From assembly GCA_903831045.1 (NCBI GenBank), contig CAIKWG010000042.1:13239-77238 (forward strand): a DNA stretch of 64,000 bases. The letters run 5' to 3'. A program made the translations under genes and the position numbers. This document shows positions 17,867 through 27,976 of this stretch, piece after piece. A model generated the notes under the pieces. The model was not told where the DNA came from. It saw only the letters and a list, made by a program, of their open reading frames with translations, and did not search any database. Each line of letters begins with the position of its first letter. Within the stretch, counting starts at the first letter, position 1. Source of the stretch: an uncultured archaeon (GTDB lineage: Archaea; Nanobdellota; Nanobdellia; Pacearchaeales; GW2011-AR1).

Positions 17867-19588
17867 ATGAAAAAACAAATTTCTTTTTTCGCAATCTTGA
17901 CGATGTGCTTAATGCTTTCCGTCAGTGTTTTTGGTCAGTCCTACAAAACAGCTGTTCCCATGAGTCAGCGTATTTCTGCATCGGCTTCTCTTCAACCCGT
18001 AAAATCTGGTAATCATTCGCTTCCGGTTATTGCCTGGGGGGGTGACATTGCAACAATCTATGGTGATATGTCTGGTATCTTCAAAAATGGAGGAGCAAAC
18101 ATTTCTACCCTCTTTCGTGAGGATGTGTTAACAAAACAAGTTGAAAAATGCTTGTCCGGAGAAACGCCCTATCTACGAGGAACAATGGGTATGATTAATG
18201 CTGCAGCAGATGCATTCCGAGCAAAAGGCATGGAGCTCGTTGTATTCTATGGTTTGACCTGGTCAACCGGAGGAGATGGAGCAGCTTTTCGTGCAGGAAA
18301 AAGTTTGAAGAATGCAAAAACAGTTATCGCTCAGCTCGACGGTCCGCATATGGACTACGCAGCAAACATGTTTGCAAATGCAGGCAGACTTGAGCAGATT
18401 CAATTCAAATTGGTTACTGACCTTTTGGCCGGTGTAGGTTTTAATGGTCCTGACCAATTTGTAAAAGATGTAACCATGGACGCTGTTTTTGCTATTACTC
18501 CTGATATTTTGACTCTGACAAGTAATGGTACGGTTGGAACAGGAAGTGAAGGTTCAGTTAAGGGAGCTACAATGGCTTTTACAACTAAAACCGCCAGCAG
18601 AATTATCTTTGATGTCTATGCAGTAAGAAAAGATTATTTTGATACACACAAAGAGGAAGTATTTGCCTTTGCAAGTGCATTAATGAAATCTCAGGAAGCT
18701 CTGCAGGATTTAATTAAAAATAAATCTTCTCGTCAGTCTGAATTTAAACAGTTGATGACCAAAGCTGCCGATTTGCTTTTGGCCGATCCAAATGCAACTC
18801 CCACTGCTGAAGCAATGCTTGGTGATTGTACTTTCATTGGTTTCGATGGTAACTATTCTTTCTTTACCGGTAAAGGCACAACCCGTAATTTTAAAACTCT
18901 GAACTCTGAAATTCAATCATCATTCTCAAAAATGAATCTGCTTGATGAACCAATTAATGTTCTACAAGCAAACTGGGATTATGCAGAATTGAAATCAGGT
19001 TTAAAGTATGCTACCATTGACGTTACTTCTGCTGCTCCTGCCGTTGTAACTACTGCTCCTAAATTTGATGCAAACAAAGTTGCTAAAGTAGTGGAATCAA
19101 AAATTGCAGCCGAGTCTGATACCTGGGATGAAGAAGGTACACTGTATACTTTTGAAATTTACTTTCAACCTAATCAGGATGTTTTTGATATTGCAAATTA
19201 TTCTGCTGACTTTAAAGAAATCCTGCGTCTTGCTCAGACTAACTCTGGTGCAATTGTTGTTCTCGAAGGATATTCTGATCCTGGAGCATATCTGAAAGCT
19301 CAGAAAGCCGGTTCAACTATTCAAGAATTAACTCAGATTAAACAGGCTGCTAAAAATCTTTCTGCTCAGAGATCTAATAATGCAAAAAAAGCATTCATGA
19401 CCTACTGCAAACAGAAAGGAATAGCCTTTGATGAGTCTCAGTTAACTCCTGTTGGTCGTGGAATAGATGCACCTAAATATGTTGCTCCTAAAACAAAAGA
19501 GCAGTGGTTGCAGAATTTCCGCGTTGCTTTCCGTCTGAAACAGGTGGAAGCCGAGAACTTGGATTTTGATCCTACAATTTACAAATAA
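17867..19588 (+). CDS. ABC substrate-binding (NMT1/SsuA-like) protein fused to OmpA-like C-terminal domain
   Basis: SP ending VFG-Q; IAWGGD, TWSTGGD, IFDVYAVR; C-terminal EIYF..EGYSD..NLSAQRS..GRG..NFRVAF. Confidence 0.75.
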   Translation: MKKQISFFAILTMCLMLSVSVFGQSYKTAVPMSQRISASASLQPVKSGNHSLPVIAWGGDIATIYGDMSGIFKNGGANISTLFREDVLTKQVEKCLSGETPYLRGTMGMINAAADAFRAKGMELVVFYGLTWSTGGDGAAFRAGKSLKNAKTVIAQLDGPHMDYAANMFANAGRLEQIQFKLVTDLLAGVGFNGPDQFVKDVTMDAVFAITPDILTLTSNGTVGTGSEGSVKGATMAFTTKTASRIIFDVYAVRKDYFDTHKEEVFAFASALMKSQEALQDLIKNKSSRQSEFKQLMTKAADLLLADPNATPTAEAMLGDCTFIGFDGNYSFFTGKGTTRNFKTLNSEIQSSFSKMNLLDEPINVLQANWDYAELKSGLKYATIDVTSAAPAVVTTAPKFDANKVAKVVESKIAAESDTWDEEGTLYTFEIYFQPNQDVFDIANYSADFKEILRLAQTNSGAIVVLEGYSDPGAYLKAQKAGSTIQELTQIKQAAKNLSAQRSNNAKKAFMTYCKQKGIAFDESQLTPVGRGIDAPKYVAPKTKEQWLQNFRVAFRLKQVEAENLDFDPTIYK

Positions 19589-19618
19589 GAGTAAGAAAAC
19601 TTAATTGGAGATTTAATT

Positions 19619-20389
19619 ATGAAAAAGATAATTTTCTTATTTTTTCCACTGCTTATAATTTTTATGAGCAGTTGTGTGAATTCAGGGACAAATTCAAATT
19701 CATCTAATCCTGCGGCATCAACGGAGGTTTCAAAGCCAGTTTCAAAAGTGGATGTTGAACAAGCGATTGTTCCTTTTGATATTCCAGGAGAAGTAAGTTT
19801 GGCAAGAAACTTTTACTTTTTGTTTGATTGTTCTGGTTCAATGGGTGAAAAATGTAGCGGTAAGGAAAAAATAGTGGGAGCAAAAGAAGCTATGCTTCGT
19901 TTCCTAAAGAATATTCCTGCTGATGCAAACATTGGTTTGATTGCTTTTGGAGTTGACAGTGACCTTGGTTGCAAGGAAATTCTTATACTCGGAAAAAATG
20001 ATTATGCAACCATTGAGAAAGCAATTTCTACTCTTGAGCCAACGGGTCGAACACCTTTAGCTAAGGCAATATCCCTGGGAACAGACAGGTTAGTGAATCA
20101 GTACAAAAAACAATTGGGCTATGGAGAATATCGTCTGATTATAATCAGTGACGGGAATAATACTGATGGGGACATGGTGAAATCTTGTAAAAATCTTTCT
20201 CACTATGGATTTATCAGTTTGTATTCTATTGGCCTATGCATGGATACAGATAATGCTCTGAAATCCTTTGCATTGTCTTCTCGTGATGCTTCCAACTACG
20301 AAGAACTTGAAAAAGCTCTTGTTGAGACTGCTGCAGAGACAGATACTTTTGATTCATCTGTCTTTGATTCAACTCTGTTTAAAAAATAA
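19619..20389 (+). CDS. vWA-domain lipoprotein
   Basis: MSS-C lipobox; MIDAS DCSGS...TPL...ISDG. Confidence 0.85.
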   Translation: MKKIIFLFFPLLIIFMSSCVNSGTNSNSSNPAASTEVSKPVSKVDVEQAIVPFDIPGEVSLARNFYFLFDCSGSMGEKCSGKEKIVGAKEAMLRFLKNIPADANIGLIAFGVDSDLGCKEILILGKNDYATIEKAISTLEPTGRTPLAKAISLGTDRLVNQYKKQLGYGEYRLIIISDGNNTDGDMVKSCKNLSHYGFISLYSIGLCMDTDNALKSFALSSRDASNYEELEKALVETAAETDTFDSSVFDSTLFKK

Positions 20390-20399
20390 TGTTTCACGG

Positions 20400-20433
20400 G
20401 GGCAGATAAACTCAAAATCTATCTGCCCTTTTT
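20400..20433 (+). terminator. Hairpin + T-tract
   Basis: GGGCAGATA/TATCTGCCC + TTTTT. Confidence 0.6.
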
Positions 20434-20448
20434 AATTAAATTTTGAAA

Positions 20449-21999
20449 ATGAAAAAATTTATTGGTACAATTATTCTTATCCTCATTGGAGCAGGAATCT
20501 TTGCCTGGGTAAAATGGGGTTCTCCTTACTTTGCTGAAAAGAAGCAAATGAAAACTTCAGGAGTGAAGGTTGCCAACATGGAAACTTTGACTTGGGGGGG
20601 AGATGGCTATGCCGGTTACTTTGTCCTGAATTCTACTGAAATGAGAAGACGTCTTGCACTCAAAGGAATTATACTCAAATTTGTAGATGATGGAGGCGCC
20701 TATGCTTCTCGTCTTGAGAAATTCTCAAAAGGAGAATATGACTTTATTGCTCTTCCCGTAAGTTCATTTATTCAGCATGGAAAAAAATATTCCTATCGTC
20801 TTGGAACAATCCCTGCTGCAATATCAGAATCAATTGGAGCTGATGGGCTTTCTGTTTTTCCTGAGTTTAAATTTTCCAAGGTAAATGATTTTGATAATCC
20901 TAATCTCAAAATTGTTTACACGGGAGCTTCTCCTACTGAGGATATAATCAATTTGACTATCTCAAATTTTGATTTGTCTAATTTACAGGATTCTCCTTCT
21001 TGGAAAGTTGAGGTCAATAGTTCAGAAGAAGTTTTTAATCTTGCAAAAAAGGCTGCAAAAGAAAGTACCGTTGATAAAAGTACTACTGTTTACGGCATGT
21101 GGGAGCCAGAACTTTCAAAGGCTGAAGATCTCGGAATGAAAACAATTTGGGGATCAGAAAACTTTCGTAATTATATTGTGGATGTGTTTGTCTTTTCAAA
21201 TAAGGCAATGTCCGCTAAATTTGATAAAGTGACTGAAATTCTCAGAACCTATTTTGAAGTTGTTGATTATTACAACGCTCGCCAAGATGAACAGGTCAAG
21301 GAACTTAAAAAATTGACCAACCTCAAACAAGCAGCAGTTGAAAAGTTAATGTCTAAGATTCATTGGTACACACTTTATCAAAATGCCCATGATGAGTTCG
21401 GTATTTCTACGACCGCAGGAGATCAAGCAAATGAAGGATTGGTTAGAACCATCTATGCATGGAACGATATCAATCGTATCATGAATCTTGAAGGAGAGGT
21501 TGAGAATCCTTATACAATTTTGAATAAGAAAATTCTTGAAAATCTTCTTGCAAGTTCTCTGAAGCCAGTAGCTCCTTCAACGGTCTCAGCAGGTCCAGTA
21601 GATTTTAGTCCTCTGGATGCAAATGGCTGGGCAAGATTATCCGAAACGGGTATTATGAAAGTAGAGAACATTACTTTTCAGGCAAGTGCAAATAAAGTTG
21701 ATGATCTTGGAGAAGAGACGATTAGTAAAGTAGCTGAAAAACTTTTGCATAATTTTCCAAACAATCGTTTTCTAATTGCGGGCCATACTGCTCCCGGTGA
21801 CGAATCAGCAAACTTAAACCTTTCCCAGGAAAGAGCCAATGCTGTACGTCAAATTTTTATTGCAGTCTTTAACGTAGACCCGGACAGAATGTTAGCAAAA
21901 GGTTTTGGTTCCTCTCGTCCTCCTCAGAGAAAAGCAAATGAGTCTGAAAGAGCATTTCGTTCGCGCATGGCTCGTGTAGAATTTGTTCTAATGCAATAA
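20449..21999 (+). CDS. Substrate-binding domain / OmpA-family fusion protein
   Basis: N-terminal TM; ESIGADG, MWEP, IVDVFV; OmpA motif IAGHT..NLNLSQERANAV..KGFGSSRP..RVEF. Confidence 0.8.
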   Translation: MKKFIGTIILILIGAGIFAWVKWGSPYFAEKKQMKTSGVKVANMETLTWGGDGYAGYFVLNSTEMRRRLALKGIILKFVDDGGAYASRLEKFSKGEYDFIALPVSSFIQHGKKYSYRLGTIPAAISESIGADGLSVFPEFKFSKVNDFDNPNLKIVYTGASPTEDIINLTISNFDLSNLQDSPSWKVEVNSSEEVFNLAKKAAKESTVDKSTTVYGMWEPELSKAEDLGMKTIWGSENFRNYIVDVFVFSNKAMSAKFDKVTEILRTYFEVVDYYNARQDEQVKELKKLTNLKQAAVEKLMSKIHWYTLYQNAHDEFGISTTAGDQANEGLVRTIYAWNDINRIMNLEGEVENPYTILNKKILENLLASSLKPVAPSTVSAGPVDFSPLDANGWARLSETGIMKVENITFQASANKVDDLGEETISKVAEKLLHNFPNNRFLIAGHTAPGDESANLNLSQERANAVRQIFIAVFNVDPDRMLAKGFGSSRPPQRKANESERAFRSRMARVEFVLMQ

Positions 22000-22007
22000 T
22001 TAATTTC

Positions 22008-22934
22008 ATGGAGAAAAATAAATATCTTGAGGGAATTTTTGGGAATACAAAATATGCCCCTCCCTCTTCGAAATTTAAGGATCCTCTTCAGCAGGAAACC
22101 CAAATTCCTTCTTTAGAGGATCTAACTCCAAAAGCAATTCGAAAAGAATTAATGAAAAAGGTGAAAAAAAGTAGTATAACTAATACTGCCTATGCTTTGC
22201 CAATTTTAGCAATTTTTATCGCTCTTGCATTTGGAATTTCTCTGGGTTCATTGATTTCTTGGATACTAGCATCTTTTGGAGTAATAGCTCTAGTACGATG
22301 GGTAATTCCTAACTTCTTTCTCTTCGATGGTTTCGAAAAAAAGTATCGTAAAAATCTTCGGACTCTTATTGATCAGAGAGATGAAGAAAAGAGATTGCAA
22401 GTTAGAGAAAATCTTGAAAGACTGGGCATGCAGCAGGGTGCCGACCAATTCAATGAACTTCTGCAGACGTTTAATACTCTTGTTAGTGTTCTTGGAAAAA
22501 AGTTCAATGCAACTGAAATGACTTATATGAAATATTATGTAATAAGTCAGCAAGTTCTTGAAGCTGCTATGAACAATCTTCTGGAGATTACTCTTATTAA
22601 GACAAATCTAAGAAGCATAGATTCATCTGCACTACAAAAAAGGATTAAATATCTCAAGGCCTCCACTGACGAACTTGATAAGGAAGAAGTAAAAACTCTC
22701 AATGAAAGATTGGATTTATACAATTCTGAATCTACAAAAATAGAACGTCTTTTAGTTGAAAACGAGCAAGCCATAACCCAGATGGTTAAGACCACCAAAG
22801 CAATTTCTGAAGTTGACACCGTTGACCTTGAAGGAAAAGCGAAAATGGATGAAGCTATGCTTGAATTACGTGATGCTGTTCAGCGTCTTTCCTATTATCA
22901 TTTACACGAGTTAGATAAAAATGTTCCTCAATAA
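22008..22934 (+). CDS. Membrane-anchored coiled-coil protein, probable XpaC-like partner of TelA
   Basis: 2 TM then long helices; directly upstream of telA as in xpaC-yaaN pairs. Confidence 0.5.
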   Translation: MEKNKYLEGIFGNTKYAPPSSKFKDPLQQETQIPSLEDLTPKAIRKELMKKVKKSSITNTAYALPILAIFIALAFGISLGSLISWILASFGVIALVRWVIPNFFLFDGFEKKYRKNLRTLIDQRDEEKRLQVRENLERLGMQQGADQFNELLQTFNTLVSVLGKKFNATEMTYMKYYVISQQVLEAAMNNLLEITLIKTNLRSIDSSALQKRIKYLKASTDELDKEEVKTLNERLDLYNSESTKIERLLVENEQAITQMVKTTKAISEVDTVDLEGKAKMDEAMLELRDAVQRLSYYHLHELDKNVPQ

Positions 22935-22962
22935 AAATTTAAAATTTAAGGAGTTAAAAATT

Positions 22963-24183
22963 ATGGAAACACAAGTAGTTGCAAAACCGCAAGTAGTAAC
23001 AAGAGAAGCTCTTGCATCAGAATTGAATCTTGGTAAGAATGATCTTTACAGCAATCCTGCAGATAACAAGGTCGTTGACATTGATCCTGAAATTGTTGCG
23101 TCCGTTCAACCCGAAGTGGATAAGTTCTTTCAAAATCTTATGGATAAGAATAAAGATGCCGCAGAAAAAACTGCAACAATCTATACTCTTGGGCGTAAGG
23201 CCGAAACCACTAAAAATGAGTTTCTTGATCGTCAGATGAAAGAGCTCATGACTGGAGAAGGAAATGGTCAGCTTGCTAATGGTCTGCTAAATCTTCGGGA
23301 TCAGATTGCAAAACTTGATCCTAATCTTTATTTTGGAGACAAATCCATTGGTGGATTCGGAAGCAGATTGGCCAGAAGATTGGCAGGAGATAACGAGTTT
23401 TTCAAAAAGCTCGTCCGCAAGTATCTGGATCAATACACTTCATCCGAAACTGTAATCCAAGAGATTGTTCTGGGATTGCAGGAAGGAGGTAAAAAGCTTC
23501 AGAGAAATAATATTACCCTCGGTGGAGAAAAAACGCAGATGCGGTCTGATGTCGAACAACTCAAAAAAGCAATTGCCTTTGGGCAGTTACTTGATGAGAA
23601 AATTGAAAAAGCAATTGCTGAAGCTACAGATGCCGAATGGAAACAGATTCTCTCTGAAGAAATTCTTTTCCCTTTGAGGCAGAGAATTAATTCCCTGAGG
23701 AAGACGCGGGTAGCTAAAGCTAACGGCATTTTAACTTATGAAATGATTGTACGTACGAACCAGCAGTTGATAAATGGTATCTTAAACGCAGACCAGGTCA
23801 TAGAAATATTAAAAATTGCTATCACCGAAAAACTTGCCATCCAGGATGCCAAAAAAGTGAATGAAGCAATTGCTGCTTTGGATAAACTCGCAGGTGATTT
23901 ACTTGTTGAGACTTCCGAAGATCTTCACAAAGTAGTTCTGGAAGTTTACAAAGTAGCTGCTCAGGCAGGGATTCCGATTCAGCAGTTGATCATTGCTCAT
24001 CAGAATGTTCTGGCTACAATCAAGGATTACTCTAAGTATATCCAGGATCAGCTTCCTATTATGAAAGAAGAAGCTACTCATGTTGAAGAATTGAACAAAG
24101 AGGTCGAAGAGGCCAATAAAAGAATGGAACGTGGTTCACGCATTGGCCTTCAGATTTCCGAAAGCATGAAAGACTTGTTTTAA
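22963..24183 (+). CDS. telA: Toxic anion resistance protein, TelA family
   Basis: Likely start METQ; LLNLRDQIAKLDP, KYLDQYTS, L.RNNITL, ILFPLRQRI, IVRTNQQLI. Confidence 0.8.
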   Translation: METQVVAKPQVVTREALASELNLGKNDLYSNPADNKVVDIDPEIVASVQPEVDKFFQNLMDKNKDAAEKTATIYTLGRKAETTKNEFLDRQMKELMTGEGNGQLANGLLNLRDQIAKLDPNLYFGDKSIGGFGSRLARRLAGDNEFFKKLVRKYLDQYTSSETVIQEIVLGLQEGGKKLQRNNITLGGEKTQMRSDVEQLKKAIAFGQLLDEKIEKAIAEATDAEWKQILSEEILFPLRQRINSLRKTRVAKANGILTYEMIVRTNQQLINGILNADQVIEILKIAITEKLAIQDAKKVNEAIAALDKLAGDLLVETSEDLHKVVLEVYKVAAQAGIPIQQLIIAHQNVLATIKDYSKYIQDQLPIMKEEATHVEELNKEVEEANKRMERGSRIGLQISESMKDLF

Positions 24184-24214
24184 TTCCCATCTTTCGATTC
24201 ATTTCGTGCTCAAA

Positions 24215-24246
24215 TCATTTTCCTGTTTGGATTAAAAATAAACAGA
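24215..24246 (+). promoter_or_regulatory. Conserved hairpin, family B copy 3
   Basis: TCATTTTCCTGTTTGGATTAAAAATAAACAGA; 52 nt before ATG 24298. Confidence 0.55.
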
Positions 24247-24297
24247 TTAATCTTTCTTTTCACAAAAACAATTTTTTAATTAAATTTTTAGTTCATT

Positions 24298-25467
24298 ATG
24301 AAAAAACAAATTTTCTTTTTATTCGCAATTGTGATGTGCTTTATGCTTTCCACAAATATCAGTGTTAATGCTCAGTCTTCCAATAATTCTGCAGTCTATA
24401 CAGCTCCATGTGATGTTCCCATTATCACGCCGGTTATGAACGAGCCTCTGCCTTTTTTCTTTTCTCCGGATCAGGTAAAACCTAAAACCAAATTCAAAAT
24501 GGTTTGGTCAATCTATGCCGGTTGGAATCCCTGGGAATATGCCAGAGTTTCAGGTATCCTAGACAAATGGGCAAAGAAGTACGGAATCACCATTGAGTTG
24601 GAGCGATTGCAATATGGTCCTTCAATTGATGCATTTATGACTCCATCAGTAGATGCAATTGCAATTACAAATATGGATGTGCTCCTTGCACCAGTAACCG
24701 GGGGGATTGCTTGCACTGCTGCAATTATGGGGGACTTCAGTAACGGGAATGATGCTTACATTGTGAAAGGTAATCTTACAATTGCGGACATTCTAAATTA
24801 CGAAGTGATGCTTGTGGATAAAACGGTATCTGGTTATTTAGCTTTTAGAATGTGTGAGATGAATAGTCTTGACGCATCTAAGATTAAAATAAACAATACC
24901 AACGAAGACAAGATTACTTCAACTTTTCTTACCGATGCCAATAACAAAATGGTAATTACCTGGAATCCCTGGGTGATGCAGATTATGAAAAGTGACAATT
25001 CATTTCAAAATCTTTTCAACTCTTCAAAAATACCTGGTGAAATTCTTGATCTGACTGTTATCAAAACTTCTGTACTTGATAAAAATCCTAACTTTGGAAA
25101 AGCTCTGGCCGGTGCATGGTATGAAGTGATGGCCATAATGTCCTCAAGAACGGATAAAGGTAAAGCTGCTCTTAGTACTATGGCAGATATTGGAAGTTCA
25201 ACATTAATAGATTATACTGCTCAGCTGAAAACTACTGCAATGTTTTACACTCCTAAAGATGCAGCAGATTTTACTGAAAGCGAAGAAATGAAATCTAAAA
25301 TGTTGAAAGTCCGTAATTTCTGTTTTAAACAGGGCTGGCTGGGTGATTTGAAATCTCCAAATGATTTTGGAATTCAGTTTCCCAACGGCGTTGCTGGTTC
25401 TTCAGCGAATGTCCTCTTTAAATTTGATTCCAAGTTTATGAGGATGGCTGAACGTGGTGAATTGTAG
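24298..25467 (+). CDS. ABC substrate-binding protein, putative urea/guanidine-carboxylase-associated family
   Basis: SP ending VNA-Q; WSIYAGWNPW, KWAKKYGI, TNMD, DFSNGND, TWNP, IPGEILD, KALAGAWYE. Confidence 0.85.
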   Translation: MKKQIFFLFAIVMCFMLSTNISVNAQSSNNSAVYTAPCDVPIITPVMNEPLPFFFSPDQVKPKTKFKMVWSIYAGWNPWEYARVSGILDKWAKKYGITIELERLQYGPSIDAFMTPSVDAIAITNMDVLLAPVTGGIACTAAIMGDFSNGNDAYIVKGNLTIADILNYEVMLVDKTVSGYLAFRMCEMNSLDASKIKINNTNEDKITSTFLTDANNKMVITWNPWVMQIMKSDNSFQNLFNSSKIPGEILDLTVIKTSVLDKNPNFGKALAGAWYEVMAIMSSRTDKGKAALSTMADIGSSTLIDYTAQLKTTAMFYTPKDAADFTESEEMKSKMLKVRNFCFKQGWLGDLKSPNDFGIQFPNGVAGSSANVLFKFDSKFMRMAERGEL

Positions 25468-25487
25468 TCTGTTTTTTATTAACCAAG

Positions 25488-25529
25488 AAAAGGTGCTGGA
25501 GTTTGAAATATTATCTTCAGCACCTTTTT
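25488..25529 (+). terminator. Hairpin + T-tract
   Basis: AAAAGGTGCTGGAG/CTTCAGCACCTTTT. Confidence 0.6.
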
Positions 25530-25547
25530 AACAAATTAAATTTAGTC

Positions 25548-26642
25548 ATGATAAAACAAATTTTGAAAAAAGTAATCAAGTGGTTAGGAGAATTCTTTGT
25601 AGAAATTTTTAACATCTTCAGGAATTTTTTCAAACTGCGTACTACTCCTGGAAAAAAGGTTTCTCCGTTCCTAGTGAATCTAATCTTTGTATCAGCTATT
25701 TTATTCTATGGAATTGCTTCTTCCAAAAGGCATGAAGTTAACCCTAAAGATAAACTAGTTCCAACTTTTGGAATGATGTGGACTGCTGTTAAGAGCACAG
25801 TTTTTATTCCTAAGATAGAATATAAATTTAATGATTCAACCGGAGAGAGAATGTCTTACATAGGGCCCGAAACGTTACGCCAAGCTATCTCTCAGGATAT
25901 AAAAGATTACAAGGAAGGAAAATACCATTCCATTTTTCATCCTATTAATTCTGCTATGTTCTTTAAAGGAAGCACATTTTTCGAAGAGAAGAGATCAATC
26001 TTACTAAGAGATGGTGCAACTAGAAATATGCTTAATCATGGTGAGAGCAAGATTCTGAAAGATTCAATTGTAAGTGGAAGAATTGTTTTGAAAGCTATGG
26101 GATTAATTCTCATTGGAATATTCCTAGGGTTATATATGGGAATTTTTGCTTACATTGAAAAACTTCTCTACAGATTTGTTCTCTACTTTGATAAGATTCC
26201 TGCTCTTGCAATTTTGCCGATTCTATTTGTAATCCTCGGTACTGGAGAAATAACAAAAATAGCTTTGATTGTTATTGGAGTAGCTCCAACAATAATTCTT
26301 GATACATACCTGCGCGTAAAAACAGTTCATGATGAGCAGATTGTAACTGGATTAACTCTTGGTGCTTCTACTCCTGAGATTATCTACAAGATTGTTTTTC
26401 CTCAAATTTTTCCTGAAGTCTTGAATACAATCAGACTGAATTTTAAATCAGTCATTTTATTCTTACTTGCCGCAGAAGGAATTTGTGCAAATGCGGGAAT
26501 AGGTTATAGAATCTTTGTTGCTCAGCGTACAACTGACATGGCAACCATTATACCCTACGTGCTTCTAATTAGTCTGGCTGCATTTTTTGTAGACTGGGCA
26601 TTCAGATCTTGGATAAAATCATATAAATGGTTAAATAAATAA
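25548..26642 (+). CDS. ABC transporter permease (NitT/TauT family)
   Basis: IPALAILPIL, TLGAS EAA loop, LAAE, GIGYRIF. Confidence 0.85.
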   Translation: MIKQILKKVIKWLGEFFVEIFNIFRNFFKLRTTPGKKVSPFLVNLIFVSAILFYGIASSKRHEVNPKDKLVPTFGMMWTAVKSTVFIPKIEYKFNDSTGERMSYIGPETLRQAISQDIKDYKEGKYHSIFHPINSAMFFKGSTFFEEKRSILLRDGATRNMLNHGESKILKDSIVSGRIVLKAMGLILIGIFLGLYMGIFAYIEKLLYRFVLYFDKIPALAILPILFVILGTGEITKIALIVIGVAPTIILDTYLRVKTVHDEQIVTGLTLGASTPEIIYKIVFPQIFPEVLNTIRLNFKSVILFLLAAEGICANAGIGYRIFVAQRTTDMATIIPYVLLISLAAFFVDWAFRSWIKSYKWLNK

Positions 26643-26652
26643 TTCTAAAGTC

Positions 26653-27543
26653 ATGGAAAAGGAATATATTCTGACTGCAAAAGATTTAGTTCAATCCTAT
26701 GATGGAAGAACAATTCTTAATCATTTGAACTTTAAAATTAAAGAAGGAGAAATTGTTACGGTCGTTGGTCCAACTGGTTGTGGCAAATCTACTCTTCTGC
26801 GATTACTTCTTGGATCCGAACTGCCATTTAGTGGAGAGATTTTAATGTTTGGGGAAGAATTCAAATCTCCTGATAAAACTCGGGGAATTGTTTTTCAAAA
26901 ATATTCTCTCTACGAATTTCTTGACGTTAAGACAAATGTTATGTTTGGACTTGATCTGGGATACTTTAATCTATTTCAAAACATTCTTGTTTCTTTCGCA
27001 CCATTCTTGCTGAGGAAAAAGAATAGGTTGAAATTAAAAGAATTTCAAGAAGAGGCAAACCAGTATCTTGAAAAAGTGGGTTTAGCTGAGCACAAGGATA
27101 AATATCCTTTTCAACTTTCAGGAGGTCAGAGGCAGAGAGTTGCAATTGCACAATCTGCAATTCCAAATCCAAAAATTCTTTTGATGGATGAACCTCTGGG
27201 TGCACTGGATGTTAGCACTCGTGAAAGTTTGCAGTTGTTTATTAAAAATCTTTGGCAGGAAACAGGGCAAACAATTATCTTTGTAACCCATGACCTCGAA
27301 GAAGCCGTATTTCTTGGAACACGCCTTATCGTTCTTTCTCAATATTACAAGGATGGTAACGGGAACGGGGCAAAGATTGTCAAGGATATTGCTATTCCCT
27401 GGGCTGAGCCTCGTTCCGCTGAAATAAAATATTCCCCCGAGTTTAGTCAAATTATCAAAGAGATAAAACAAGAGGGATTAGATAAAAACTATCTTCAATC
27501 GGTTGAAGAATTTGATCTTAGTCATCCTGACTCAATTATTTAA
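26653..27543 (+). CDS. ABC transporter ATP-binding protein (NitT/TauT family)
   Basis: GPTGCGKS, LSGGQRQR, LLMDEP, VTHD. Confidence 0.9.
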   Translation: MEKEYILTAKDLVQSYDGRTILNHLNFKIKEGEIVTVVGPTGCGKSTLLRLLLGSELPFSGEILMFGEEFKSPDKTRGIVFQKYSLYEFLDVKTNVMFGLDLGYFNLFQNILVSFAPFLLRKKNRLKLKEFQEEANQYLEKVGLAEHKDKYPFQLSGGQRQRVAIAQSAIPNPKILLMDEPLGALDVSTRESLQLFIKNLWQETGQTIIFVTHDLEEAVFLGTRLIVLSQYYKDGNGNGAKIVKDIAIPWAEPRSAEIKYSPEFSQIIKEIKQEGLDKNYLQSVEEFDLSHPDSII

Positions 27544-27556
27544 AATTAACATTCCC

Positions 27557-27880
27557 ATGGAAATACTCCATTTACGATCGTTGCTCCAGTATTTTCCAAA
27601 AGATTTTGAATGCTCAGTTTCTTTTGGTAATAGTACTGGATCCGGAATTTCAATAAGAACAGGACCTTCAATTTATTTTGAGGTTGCTATTCTAAAATTT
27701 GTTCCAGAGCAAAATCATTTTACTTTCACCTACTGCTATCGGCTTGTCACAAATCCTGCTACAAATAATCAGGAGACATTTGATAAGCTAGAAGCATTAG
27801 CAAAAACTATTGAAGAGAAATCTTCTATGAAAGTAGTTTTGATTGAATCCTATAATCGACCCAAAGCTTATGCTGACTAA
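27557..27880 (+). CDS. Hypothetical protein
   Basis: Likely start MEILHLR. Confidence 0.55.
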   Translation: MEILHLRSLLQYFPKDFECSVSFGNSTGSGISIRTGPSIYFEVAILKFVPEQNHFTFTYCYRLVTNPATNNQETFDKLEALAKTIEEKSSMKVVLIESYNRPKAYAD

Positions 27881-27884
27881 AAGA

Positions 27885-27926
27885 AGTGTGCAGAATGATT
27901 CGAAAGAAACGTTCTGCACATTTTTT
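27885..27926 (+). repeat. Family A hairpin copy 2
   Basis: GTGTGCAGAATGATTCGAAAGAAACGTTCTGCACATTTTTT. Confidence 0.8.
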
Positions 27927-27976
27927 ATTAACTCAAAAATAAAAAATAAAAATAAATTTTATTAGGAGGTTTAATT

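Noticed and set aside
24184..24297. Guanidine (ykkC) riboswitch upstream of the binding protein
   Set aside because: No ACGR twin hairpins or ykkC-I/III consensus visible; the region holds the family B hairpin instead.
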